From Bacteroidales bacterium (GTDB taxonomy: Bacteria; Bacteroidota; Bacteroidia; Bacteroidales; UBA932): a stretch of DNA of 64,000 nt. The stretch's first letter is position 1; every line of letters begins with the position of its first letter. Made by a program: the position numbers and the translations under genes. The notes beneath the pieces were generated by a model, which saw only the letters and a list, made by a program, of their open reading frames with translations, was not told the origin of the DNA and made no database searches. Where the stretch lies: assembly GCA_963678025.2 (NCBI GenBank), contig CAXXPC010000033.1, positions 7,661-71,660 of the forward strand, read 5' to 3'. This document shows positions 9,074-19,111 of the stretch, one piece after another.

Positions 9074-10402
9074 ATGTCAATTTTCAGGGTTGAAGGAGGT
9101 CACAAATTAACCGGGAGTATTATTCCTCAAGGAGCAAAAAATGAAGCGCTTCAGATTCTTTCGGCGGTTTTGCTCACTAGTGGTAATGTTGTTGTGAACA
9201 ATGTGCCGGATATTTTGGATGTGCGCAAGCTTATTGAGTTGTTGGAGAAGTTGGGTGTTAGTGTGAAGAAACTTGCCACCACGGGGTCAAGTGAATGTAT
9301 TTCACATAGTTGGGAGTTTTGCGCCAGTGATGTAGATTTGGATTTCATTCACTCTGACAGTTTCTGTACCAGCTCTGCTGCTTTGAGGGGTTCTGTTATG
9401 CTCACCGGGCCTCTGCTTTCTCGTTTTGGGTATGCACGTATGCCTAAGCCGGGAGGGGATAAGATTGGAAGGAGAAGGTTGGACACTCATCTTATCGGTA
9501 TGAAAAAGTTGGGTGCTGATTTGAGATTTGATCCTGAAGGGTCTTATATAGAGTTGACAGCAAGTGGTTTGAAAGGTGTTTATATGTTATTGGACGAGGC
9601 CTCTGTTACAGGTACTGCAAATATAGTGATGGCGGCTGTTCTGGCTGAGGGTGTGACTACTATTTATAATGCTGCTTGTGAGCCTTACCTGCAGCAGTTG
9701 TGCAAGATGCTCAACAAGATGGGGGCAGATATTTCCGGAATAGGTTCTAATTTGCTCACCATAAGAGGGGTGGAGTCTCTTGGAGGGACTGAGCATACTA
9801 TATTGCCTGATATGGTGGAAATTGGTAGTTTTATTGGGCTGGCAGCTATGACTGCGAGTGAGATAACTCTTAAGGATGTGGCATATGACCAGCTGGGTAT
9901 AATCCCGGATCAGTTCCGTCGCTTGGGAATAACTGTAGAGAAAAGAGGTGACGATCTTTTTATTCCTTCACATGAAAATTATGAAATTGAGAGCTTTATG
10001 GATGGTTCGATAATGACTATATCTGATGCTCCCTGGCCGGGTCTCACTCCGGATTTGCTCTCGGTGTTTCTTGTTACAGCTACACAGGCTAAGGGATCTG
10101 TGTTGATACATCAGAAGATGTTTGAAAGCCGTCTTTTCTTTGTGGATAAATTGATTGATATGGGTGCCCAGATTATTCTATGTGATCCTCACAGAGCGAC
10201 GATAATCGGGCATAACAGGGAGTTCTGTCTTAAAGGAACAAGAATGATTTCTCCTGATATCAGAGCAGGTATAGCTCTTCTTATTGCTGCAATGAGTGCA
10301 AGAGGAGAGTCGGTGATAGAGAATATTGAGCAGATTGATAGGGGTTACCAGAATATTGACGGAAGGTTGAATGCTTTAGGAGCGAAAATAGAACGTATTT
10401 AG
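9074..10402 (+). CDS. murA: UDP-N-acetylglucosamine 1-carboxyvinyltransferase
   Basis: GAKNEAL, PGGDKIGRRRLDTH, SVTGTANIVMAA, SPDIRAG and QIDRGY motifs. Confidence 0.97.
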   Translation: MSIFRVEGGHKLTGSIIPQGAKNEALQILSAVLLTSGNVVVNNVPDILDVRKLIELLEKLGVSVKKLATTGSSECISHSWEFCASDVDLDFIHSDSFCTSSAALRGSVMLTGPLLSRFGYARMPKPGGDKIGRRRLDTHLIGMKKLGADLRFDPEGSYIELTASGLKGVYMLLDEASVTGTANIVMAAVLAEGVTTIYNAACEPYLQQLCKMLNKMGADISGIGSNLLTIRGVESLGGTEHTILPDMVEIGSFIGLAAMTASEITLKDVAYDQLGIIPDQFRRLGITVEKRGDDLFIPSHENYEIESFMDGSIMTISDAPWPGLTPDLLSVFLVTATQAKGSVLIHQKMFESRLFFVDKLIDMGAQIILCDPHRATIIGHNREFCLKGTRMISPDIRAGIALLIAAMSARGESVIENIEQIDRGYQNIDGRLNALGAKIERI

Positions 10403-10408
10403 GTTGTT

Positions 10409-13003
10409 ATGGCGCAGAAAAAGAGGATAAATAAGAAGAAGATTAATCCGGAAACTGTATTGTCACCGAGGGGCATGGAGGCTGTCAAGTTGATAGCAGG
10501 ATTGTTTTTTGCGGCATTGGCTGTGTATACGCTAGTGGCTATGCTTTCATATCTTTTTACATGGGCTGAGGATCAATCTTTACTCTCCCGTCCTGATGCA
10601 TGGAATGCCCTCGTGCCTGTGGAGAACGGAGGAGGAAAACTTGGTTTTTTCTGGGCTAATTTTCTTTTGTCGGATCTGTTTGGATTGGGCGCTTTTATAA
10701 TTCCTTTCTTTTTTGGCTCAGTATCAGTTTATTTGTTAAGGATTAAAACGATAAACCTAAAAAAGATTTTTTATCTTACCGTTTATGGTGCGATTATATT
10801 ATCGTTGATTTTTTCTTACATTTTTGGATTTACTAGTTTCAACGACTGGTTTGGAAGTGGTGTAGGGGGGTCTTACGGATATTATATAAATGAGTGGTTG
10901 GTGGGAATGCTTGGTGCCGTAGGAGCAGGGGCGTTGATTTTTGTTGTTTTTGTTACTTGGCTTGTGCTTTTGAACCATAATCTGGTGCATGTTTTTAACA
11001 GGTGGTTGTATCTTTTGTTTCACAGGAGTTTTTCGAAGGGTGCTTCGGGAGCGGGTGCACGGGAGACAGATTCTGCAGGTGCTTCGGAGGCAGATTCTGC
11101 GGGTGCTTCAGGGGATGATACTGCAGGTGCTTCAGGGGATGATACTGCAGGTGCTTCAGAGGATGATACTGCAGGTGTTTCGGGAGTTTCAGGCGGAGAT
11201 GCTGAATCTGTTATTGACAACGGTATGTATGTGAAGGATGTGCCTTTTGAGATTAAGGATGACGCTGCTAAAGGAAATTCTGAGGGAAATGAGGAGGCGG
11301 ATGTTTCTGCAGATGCCGGTAGTTCCGGGGTTGCCGGCAGTTCCGAGGTTGCCGGTAGTTCCGGGGTTGGAAGTAATTCAGGTGTTTCTGGTATTTCTTC
11401 TTCGGAGATTGAAGATGAGGAGCCTGAATTGGTGATTGAAGAGAATGATGAACCTGATTTCCTGAAGGAGGTGCCAAAGGGATCGCTGGATACTCTGTTT
11501 GACCCGCGTTTGGATCTGCCTAATTACAAGGCTCCCGGCGTTGAGTTGCTAAACGATTACAGTAATAAGATATATAAGGTTCCTCATGAGGAACTTGAAC
11601 GTAATAATAAAAAGATTGTCAAGACTTTAAGTGATTACAAGATATCTGTTGAGAGGATTTTTGCCCGGACTGGTCCAACTGTCACGCTCTATGAGATTGT
11701 GCCAAGTGCAGGAGTGCGTATTTCTCAGATAAAGAGGTTGGAGGATGATATTGCTCTCTCTCTGGCGGCTCGTGGTGTGAGGATAATTGCCCGATTCCGG
11801 GAAGCAATACTGTGGGTATTGAGGTGGCTAACAGCAGACCCAGTATTGTGCCGATGAAGTCTTTGCTTGAAGATCCAAAATTCCGTAACGCCGATTTTGA
11901 TCTTCCTGTTGTGATAGGTCGTACGATTTCGAATGAGCCTATGGTGTTTGATCTTGCCAAGATGCCCCATCTTTTGGTGGCTGGTGCTACGGGTCAAGGT
12001 AAGTCGGTGGGTTTAAATGCAATAATAACTTCTCTGCTTTATACTAAGCATCCTTCTGAAATGAAGATGGTGCTAATTGATCCAAAGAAGGTAGAGCTCT
12101 CCCTATATTCGGTGATTGAGCGTCACTTTCTGGCGAAGTTGCCTGATGCGGATGATCCTATAATCACAGATACTGAAAAGGTTGTTTATACTCTCAAGTC
12201 TCTTACTAAGGAGATGGACACTAGGTATGATTTGCTTAAGATGGCACATGTGCGTAATCTCAAAGAGTATAACGAGAAGTTCCTCTCACGCAGGCTCAAT
12301 CCTCTCAAGGGGCACAGATATATGAATTATATTGTAGTGGTGATTGATGAGTATGCCGATCTTTTGATGACTGCGGGTCGTGAAATTGAGGAGCCGATAG
12401 TGCGTCTTGCACAGTTAGCAAGGGCAGTGGGGATTCACCTTGTAATTGCTACTCAACGACCTACTGCAAATATCATCACCGGTTTGATTAAGGCAAACTT
12501 CCCGGCTCGTATAGCTTTCAGGGTTATCTCTAATATTGACTCGAGGACTATTCTTGAGACTACCGGGGCAAATCAGTTGGTGGGAAGAGGTGATATGCTT
12601 ATTTCTGTAAACGGGGAGATTACGCGTGTTCAGTGTGCATTTATCGATACTATTGAGGTGGAGAGAATTACAGAGTTTATCGGATCTCAGCACGGGTATC
12701 CTGCTGCGCATTATTTACCTGAGTATACAGGGGAGGATGGAGATCAGTCTTCTGTTGGGGAGGTGGATCTTGGTAAGAGGGATAAGTTGTTTGAGGAGGC
12801 TGCAAAGTTGATTGTGCAGGTATCAGCAAGGTTCTACTTCTTTGATTCAAAGGAGAATGAATCTGGGTTATAATCGAGCCGGGCGGATAATGGATCAGTT
12901 GGAGGCTGCAGGTATTGTAGGGCCTTCAGAGGGTAGCAAGGCACGCCAGGTGCTTGTGACTGATTTTATGACTCTTGACAAGATTATTGATTCACTGAAT
13001 TAA
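10409..13003 (+). CDS. ftsK: DNA translocase FtsK, split by two 1-bp indels (~11791, ~12820), probably assembly errors
   Basis: 4TM N-domain, [34 protein letters not shown] and gamma domain [24 protein letters not shown] spread over three frames. Confidence 0.92.
11070..11368. repeat. In-frame 24-bp (x~4.5) and 18-bp (x3) tandem repeats in the FtsK linker
   Basis: atactgcaggtgcttcaggggatg units at 11070-11180; gccggtagttccggggtt units at 11315-11368. Confidence 0.85.
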
Positions 13004-13155
13004 GGAAATTTATATTTAGTGGACTCTTTTGAGTGTTGTAGAGTTGTTTTTGTGTTTGTTTGCTGATTTTAGTTTTATGTTTGTTTAATAATTTGTTATT
13101 AGTGTAATGGGGCGTTTTTTTTCTAAATATATTTTTTCTCTTTTACATCTCTTCT

Positions 13156-13821
13156 TTGAGTGGGTTTGCTGTGCTTCAGGATACAAATTCAGTCAGGGAA
13201 TCCGGGAAGGAGGCAAAGCATGCTAATCCTGTTGAGTTGTTGTCCAGGATGTATGATGCTTTGCAGGTGGACTCTTTGGTGGACTTGTCTTTTGAATTGG
13301 CTGTCACTGATGTGGATGGTACTGTTACCGGCTCTTTTGATGGGGTTGTTTATGCACAGGGCTATTCTTTCAAGTTGATTAATCCTCAGCTTGAAGTTTA
13401 TTGTGATTCTGAGAATAAATGGATTCTTAATCTTGATAATGAGGAGCTTACTATTGTGCCTAATGATACTTCCCAAGTGGATATAGTGGAGAATCCTGTA
13501 GGTTTTTTGCTTTCTCTCGGGAGAGGAAATGATCAGTTTAAATATCCTGCAAGGGCCTTTGATACCAGGAAGCCGGACAATGGGGAGTCTTTGTGGTCGA
13601 TTGAGTTGAAGCCTGTTAATGAGTATATGCCATATAAACTTGTAACTCTTTGTCTTGATAAAGAGACAAGCCTTCCTTCTGTAATAATGTATAAGGGCAG
13701 GGATGATTCTGCTTTCACTATTTATGTGAAATCAATCGAGCGGAGCGAACCTCGGCCTGATTCTTTTTTTGCTTTTCCTGCTGAGCGTGCTGCAGGATTT
13801 ACAATTACTGATTTGAGGTGA
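13156..13821 (+). CDS. lolA: LolA-family outer-membrane lipoprotein carrier; true start may be the out-of-frame ATG at 13107
   Basis: Follows ftsK; G..F.L......YCD....W.......E pattern and C-terminal F.FP.......ITDLR typical of Bacteroidetes LolA-like proteins. Confidence 0.75.
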   Translation: MSGFAVLQDTNSVRESGKEAKHANPVELLSRMYDALQVDSLVDLSFELAVTDVDGTVTGSFDGVVYAQGYSFKLINPQLEVYCDSENKWILNLDNEELTIVPNDTSQVDIVENPVGFLLSLGRGNDQFKYPARAFDTRKPDNGESLWSIELKPVNEYMPYKLVTLCLDKETSLPSVIMYKGRDDSAFTIYVKSIERSEPRPDSFFAFPAERAAGFTITDLR

Positions 13822-13939
13822 TTGTAAGTCTCTTATTATGTGGGGTCTTGTTTTTCAATAAAGAGGATTATAAATTTAAGATTTGAATTTTCAAACTTAG
13901 AACGTGTTTTTTGTATGAACGGTGTTTATGGAAATGTGT

Positions 13940-16843
13940 CTAATAAAAAGATTTTGGAATACTTATAGTAAATTTTGTTCCTTTACCCTCTTCTGAATTA
14001 ACTTCTATTTTCCCGTTTAAAAGTTCTACGGTGTTTTTAACTATTGATAAACCAAGTCCTTTGCCTTCATAGGTTCTGTTATTATCATATTCACCTTGTA
14101 CGTAAGATTCGAAAATTATATTCATCTTGTCTTTGGGAATTCCTCTTCCTGTATCCTTGATGTAAATCTCTGCAAAATCGCTGTCCTCTTTTACTCCAAT
14201 TGTGATTGTTCCATTGTCGGTGAATTTGCAGGCATTAGATGTGATGTGATTGAGTAGATTGATAAGTAGATTTCGGTCACTTTGTATAAATAACTGTTTT
14301 GGGTTAGTTCCAAATTCCTTGACTACTTTTATCTCTTTTTGGTGGCATTGGGTAGTGAGTATGTCCGATATATAGTGCAGAATTGAGATAAGCTCGATGT
14401 TCTCTACATTGGCTACGACGCTTCGTGATTGCAGTTGAGACATCAATATGAGGTCGTTTACAGTGCTTAGCAATCTATTACTGCTCTCTTTGATGAGTTT
14501 GTAATATTCATTTTTCTCTTCAGGGGAATTGCTTTCGTCAAGCATGTAATCTCCGAACCCCAATAGTCCATTCAATGGGGTTCTTATTTCGTGTGAAATA
14601 TTGTTTATGAAGGCTGATTTTAATTTATTGCTTTGTTCTGCTTTTTCATTTGCAATTATCAGGTTGTTTAGAATCTCTTTTCGGGATATGACATTTACAA
14701 GTACTTTGGAAAAGACCAAAAGAATGTTTCTTTCACTTTCAGAATAGGTGTGTGTTTGTTTTACAGAGTCAAATCCTACAAATCCAATACATTTGGAGTC
14801 TTTCATCATAGGGACTGAAATTATACTTTTGATGCCTTGTATTTGGAGTATATTTTTGAGCTCCTCGCTTTCTATTTCTGATACATTAGGTTCGTAGAAT
14901 GTAGACCCCTTAATATGTAGTTCCACCCATTGTTTAATACTATCAAGCTGGACATTTTGAAGGTTCTCAATTTGGGGTGATATACCTTGGTTGCACCACT
15001 CATGAATATTATTGCACACATATTTCTCCCAGTCATAATAAAAAATATAAGATCTGTCTGCAGAAACAAATTTGCCCATTGTTTCAAGAGCCTCTTGCAC
15101 TTTGGAATCGACTTGCTCCATTGGACTGTTTATGAAGCCGACAGCTATCTCCATAAGTATTTTTTCATGTACTATGCGATTTTCCAGGCTTTTTTCAAGT
15201 TTCTTATAATCTGTTATGTCTGTGGCTATTCCGGCATGCTTTATTACTCTGTTGTTGTCGTCTTTTACCGGAAAGGATTTTGCTCTGATCCACCTTATCT
15301 CTCCGTCCGGCCTTGCAATTCTGTACTCTATATCGAATGTGCCGGTATTTAGGTATAAACGGTATTCTTCTTGTACGGCAGGTTGATCTTCTTCAATGAT
15401 ATATCGACTGAATGCAGAGGGGTCTGAGTACAATTCATCGCATGGTCTGCCCCAGATTTTTTCGTAGGCCGGACTTATGTAGAGAATTTGACTTTTATCA
15501 GAATTTCTCAGCCAGAATACCTGGTCAATGTTATTAGCTACCTGTCTGAACCTCTCTTCACTTTCTCGCAGTTTTTCAAAAGCAATCATTGATTCGGATG
15601 TATCAAACATATAGCCTCTAAAGGCTGTAGGTTTGCCCTCTTTGTCTCGGCAGACCTTTGAAAAGTTATGAAGCCATATATATCTGCCATCTTTCTTCTT
15701 AAATCGATATATTACTTCGTATGAGTCAATTCTATTTTCAATGTAGTAAAGAGATTCGTCTTTTACTCTCTCTTTATCATCAGGGTGAATATGCTGCGAA
15801 ATGTCAAAGTTGTCTGTAGTCATCTCTGAGGGGGTGTATCCAATTATTTCGGATACATTGGCAGATACAATAGATATCTTCGGCCATTTTTCGGTAGGGA
15901 TAAACTCAATTGAAAATACGGGACCTGATGTAAATAGCTCTTTTTCCCGTTTTAGGGCCTCTTCTGCTTTAATTCTTTGAGTAATATCCTCTTTGATAGC
16001 AATAAAATGAGATGTCGACCCATTTGAATCAATAAGCGGAGCAATTGCAGCATTTTCCCAGTAGAGCTCTCCGTTTTTCTTTTTGTTCAGAAAAATTCCA
16101 TGCCAGGTGTTACCGGACAGCAATGTATCCCACATTTTTTTATGGAAAGATGGTGATTGTTTTCCGGCATTAAGAATCCTGGGGTTTTGACCAAAAGCTT
16201 CTTCAAATGAGTATTGAGTAATTTGGCAGAATTTTTTGTTCACATATTCTATATTGCCCTCTTTGTCAGTGATAACTACTGAGGCAGGGCTCTCCTCTAC
16301 AATTTGAAAATATTTTTGGAGATCGGAGTTCATTTTGATATCATCTGTGATATCTTTGATTTCCATCAATAGTAGGGAATCATTGTCTGAACACTCTTCA
16401 ACAGGTTGTGCTTGATCTTGAATGGGTTGTGTTTGATCTTGAATTGGTTGTGCTTGATCTTGAATGGGTTGTGCTTGATTATAAATAGATTGTGTTTGAG
16501 GGTTTTCAGAGAGAAATATAAATCGGGATTTAATAAATATGATTGTTCCGTCCTTCTTTTTTATTTTGAGATCGCATGCTTTGGGCAGATTCTCTTTTCT
16601 TTTAGTACAAAATCTCCTTAAAGAAGATATTTTGAAGTCGGACTTGTCATGTATGAAGTCAGAGAATGGCTTATTTAAAATCTCTTCGCTATTAAATCCT
16701 ATGATTTCACAGAATGAATTGTTTGTTTTGAGAAGAGTCCCGTTTTGATCAATAAGAGCCAATCCATCTGATAATCCATCCCACAAATGTTTCAATAAAT
16801 CGTTTTCGGAGAGGTTTTCGTGTGATATAAAATCGCTACCCAT
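13940..16843 (-). CDS. Cytoplasmic multi-PAS/GAF sensor histidine kinase
   Basis: Four PAS/PAC repeats, GAF (ADRSYIF...IGFVGFDS), H-box NISHEIRTPLN, NACKFT, DTGRGI and GKGLGLSI; no TM or receiver domain. Confidence 0.93.
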   Translation of the reverse strand: MGSDFISHENLSENDLLKHLWDGLSDGLALIDQNGTLLKTNNSFCEIIGFNSEEILNKPFSDFIHDKSDFKISSLRRFCTKRKENLPKACDLKIKKKDGTIIFIKSRFIFLSENPQTQSIYNQAQPIQDQAQPIQDQTQPIQDQAQPVEECSDNDSLLLMEIKDITDDIKMNSDLQKYFQIVEESPASVVITDKEGNIEYVNKKFCQITQYSFEEAFGQNPRILNAGKQSPSFHKKMWDTLLSGNTWHGIFLNKKKNGELYWENAAIAPLIDSNGSTSHFIAIKEDITQRIKAEEALKREKELFTSGPVFSIEFIPTEKWPKISIVSANVSEIIGYTPSEMTTDNFDISQHIHPDDKERVKDESLYYIENRIDSYEVIYRFKKKDGRYIWLHNFSKVCRDKEGKPTAFRGYMFDTSESMIAFEKLRESEERFRQVANNIDQVFWLRNSDKSQILYISPAYEKIWGRPCDELYSDPSAFSRYIIEEDQPAVQEEYRLYLNTGTFDIEYRIARPDGEIRWIRAKSFPVKDDNNRVIKHAGIATDITDYKKLEKSLENRIVHEKILMEIAVGFINSPMEQVDSKVQEALETMGKFVSADRSYIFYYDWEKYVCNNIHEWCNQGISPQIENLQNVQLDSIKQWVELHIKGSTFYEPNVSEIESEELKNILQIQGIKSIISVPMMKDSKCIGFVGFDSVKQTHTYSESERNILLVFSKVLVNVISRKEILNNLIIANEKAEQSNKLKSAFINNISHEIRTPLNGLLGFGDYMLDESNSPEEKNEYYKLIKESSNRLLSTVNDLILMSQLQSRSVVANVENIELISILHYISDILTTQCHQKEIKVVKEFGTNPKQLFIQSDRNLLINLLNHITSNACKFTDNGTITIGVKEDSDFAEIYIKDTGRGIPKDKMNIIFESYVQGEYDNNRTYEGKGLGLSIVKNTVELLNGKIEVNSEEGKGTKFTISIPKSFY
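16404..16479. repeat. In-frame 21-bp tandem repeat (QAQPIQD x~3.5)
   Basis: ggttgtgcttgatcttgaatg units. Confidence 0.9.
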
Positions 16844-17059
16844 AAAATATTTTATTATTGAGCAATTTAGTGAAAAAATCTGGAAAATGGTTAGCATTTT
16901 TATGGATAATCAGTTTTTGATTATTATGCGGGATTGTTGTTTTGTGATGTGGTTATTAAGTACTTGATATTGATTTGTTGTCGAGTTGATATTGAGTTGT
17001 TGTTGTAGGCTCTTGATGGGTGGTGCGATGAATTTTTGGTTACTTACGTCAGTAGATAT

Positions 17060-17090
17060 AAAAAAAGAGCTGCAGATACAGCTCTTTTTT
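17060..17090 (-). terminator. Rho-independent terminator after rplU-rpmA
   Basis: aaaaaaagagctg-cagata-cagctctttttt stem-loop with A/T tails. Confidence 0.85.
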
Positions 17091-17128
17091 ACTTTAGTAG
17101 TGCTTAGTTTAAAAGCAGTAAGGTGTTG

Positions 17129-17401
17129 CTATGCCTGGGCTGCTGTTTCTTTAGGTAATACCGATACGTATGATTTGTTGTCTGCCTTTTTACGGAAAAC
17201 AACGATACCGTCTATTAAAGCGTGTAGTGTATGGTCTTTTCCTATACCTACATTCAATCCGGGATTGTGTTTTGTTCCTCTTTGACGAACAAGGATGTTC
17301 CCGGCTTTAGCTTGTTGTCCACCAAATAGTTTGATGCCTAATCGTTTACTGTGTGATTCACGTCCGTTTTTCGAACTACCGACACCTTTCTTATGAGCCA
17401 T
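17129..17401 (-). CDS. rpmA: 50S ribosomal protein L27
   Basis: [22 protein letters not shown]. Confidence 0.99.
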   Translation of the reverse strand: MAHKKGVGSSKNGRESHSKRLGIKLFGGQQAKAGNILVRQRGTKHNPGLNVGIGKDHTLHALIDGIVVFRKKADNKSYVSVLPKETAAQA

Positions 17402-17428
17402 AATCTAAAATTTTTACCGGATTAAAAA

Positions 17429-17737
17429 TTAAGCAATTTCTTCAATTTGAATTTGAGTAAGGTATTGACGATGACCATTCTTCTTAGCATATCCTTTACG
17501 GCGCTTTTTCTTGAAAACAATCACTTTGTCTCCCTTAAGGTGTGAAAGTACAGTTGCTTTGACTGTTGCTCCCTCAATATAAGGAGCTCCAACCTTTACT
17601 GATCCTTCGTTGTCCACCAAAAGGACTTTGTCCAGTGTGATGGTCTCTCCTTCCTCTGCTTTTAGGCGGTGAACGAAGATCTTTCTCTCTTTCTCTACTT
17701 TGAATTGCTGTCCTGCAATATCAACGATTGCGTACAT
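17429..17737 (-). CDS. rplU: 50S ribosomal protein L21
   Basis: [14 protein letters not shown] ... [15 protein letters not shown]. Confidence 0.99.
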   Translation of the reverse strand: MYAIVDIAGQQFKVEKERKIFVHRLKAEEGETITLDKVLLVDNEGSVKVGAPYIEGATVKATVLSHLKGDKVIVFKKKRRKGYAKKNGHRQYLTQIQIEEIA

Positions 17738-17900
17738 ATTTTAATTATTTATAATTAACGACTGCAAGCGGCATTTGGGGTGACTTTGCTATTTTTAAAG
17801 ACCCTTAATATGCTCTTATTCAATAGCTTGACAATCATGCATATTTGTTTCGAATCGCAAATATAGTCATAATATTTTTCTTAGCAAAATTTCTTGCTTT

Positions 17901-18162
17901 TTCAACGCCGTAGTTTGTGGTAAATTGTTGTATTGCTTGTTTTTGGGTGATCGTAGTTTTTATCTCTGTTTACTTTTTAATTTTTGAATGTATATTGAGA
18001 AGAGAGTGTGAGTGGATACTAAAAACTGTTTTGCTACATGTGTTTGGGATATAGGTTGTTAATTTTTGAATGTATATTTAGAAGAGAGTGGTGGTGGATA
18101 CTAAAACTGTTTTGTTGCAAGTGTTAGGTATATAGGTTGTTACCAGAAAGAAAGGTGTTGAT
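17901..18162. repeat. Family B REPIN-like element downstream of the RAYT, with an internal ~82-bp duplication
   Basis: ttcaacgccgtagtttgtggtaa (17901-17923) and ttaccagaaagaaaggtgttgat (18140-18162); duplicated blocks at ~17977-18058 and ~18059-18139. Confidence 0.8.
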
Positions 18163-18163
18163 T

Positions 18164-19048
18164 TCAACGATGGCGTTGATGTTCCTGAATGGTTCGTCTG
18201 ATGAATTCCTGGCTTTCGTTAAAGATGGAGGCAAGTTGGACGTATGTGGCGCCTGTTTCTGCTCTTACTTTTTTGATGAGTTGCTTAAGTTCGTTGATAT
18301 TGTATTTGAAGATGTCTTTGTTGTATGTTATTGTGTTGAGGTACTTGATTATTTCATGTGTGGGCGTTCTCCGTCTAGTTTGAAATCTCTGCTCCAGTTC
18401 TCTTCTTTCCTCTTTGTCGATGGTGTATCTTTCGGATTTTCTGGTTTCTATGAATTCATGAATGGCTATGCTTAATTCGTGTTTTGTTTTGAACTGTTTG
18501 TAGATGAACTCATTGTCGAGTTTTATGAAATTTTTTAAATAGTTGTTAGTGGTAAAGAGCATTTGGTATGAGCTCCATTTGTAGTCTTGAGGAGCGTCGC
18601 ATATGCCCGCACTGACAGGGTTTGCAAGGATGTACAGGATCGAGTTGAGGCGCCATTCGTCCAGTGGTTTACAGAAGCTCCCAAATGGTGTACGGAACAA
18701 TTTGTCTGATAATGAGTATTTTTTGTTATACCAGTATGAGTATCCCCTTAGAAGCCACCGTGCGAAGTTTGTGACTTGTTTTGTTGTGAGTTGCAGATGT
18801 ACATGGTTGTCCATTATTACAAAAGCCTCAATTTTAGTGTCGTATTTTTCTGCTGCGGCTTGTGTGAGTGTTAGGAATTTGATTTTGTCTTGGTTTTCGA
18901 GAAAGACCATCCTCCTGTTATTGCCTCTGACGCAGAAGTGAATGTTGCCTTCTTGAATTCGTGGGTTCCTTCTTTTTACAGTGGATTTTGCTGCTGATTC
19001 GTAATTTATACCGGAATCGGTGAGTGTTTGATTTGCTTTCCCTTCCAT
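18164..19048 (-). CDS. REP-associated tyrosine transposase (RAYT/TnpA-REP; IS200-like Y1 HUH) with C-terminal HTH extension
   Basis: HFCVRGNNR..VF, HUH motif FVIMDNHVHL, LFRTPF, catalytic Tyr in YILANPV.AG and YKWSSY; flanked by palindromic repeats. Confidence 0.88.
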   Translation of the reverse strand: MEGKANQTLTDSGINYESAAKSTVKRRNPRIQEGNIHFCVRGNNRRMVFLENQDKIKFLTLTQAAAEKYDTKIEAFVIMDNHVHLQLTTKQVTNFARWLLRGYSYWYNKKYSLSDKLFRTPFGSFCKPLDEWRLNSILYILANPVSAGICDAPQDYKWSSYQMLFTTNNYLKNFIKLDNEFIYKQFKTKHELSIAIHEFIETRKSERYTIDKEERRELEQRFQTRRRTPTHEIIKYLNTITYNKDIFKYNINELKQLIKKVRAETGATYVQLASIFNESQEFIRRTIQEHQRHR

Positions 19049-19111
19049 CTCTCTCTACTTTAATTGTTAAACACTTATCAAATATAATGTTTTTTTTTTG
19101 AAATTTTCAAA

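Noticed and set aside
10409..13003. ftsK (and the helicase) as true pseudogenes or programmed frameshifts
   Set aside because: The indels are isolated 1-bp events, mostly in short homopolymers, without slippery heptamers or other decay; assembly error is more likely.
17738..17865. Ribosomal protein leader RNA upstream of rplU
   Set aside because: A long 5' UTR is plausible (-7 box at 17858-17865), but no convincing structure could be seen by eye.
18164..19048. Ordinary IS200/IS605 insertion sequence
   Set aside because: No tnpB; the protein is about twice IS200 TnpA length with RAYT-like motifs; the flanking repeats are dispersed without the gene.
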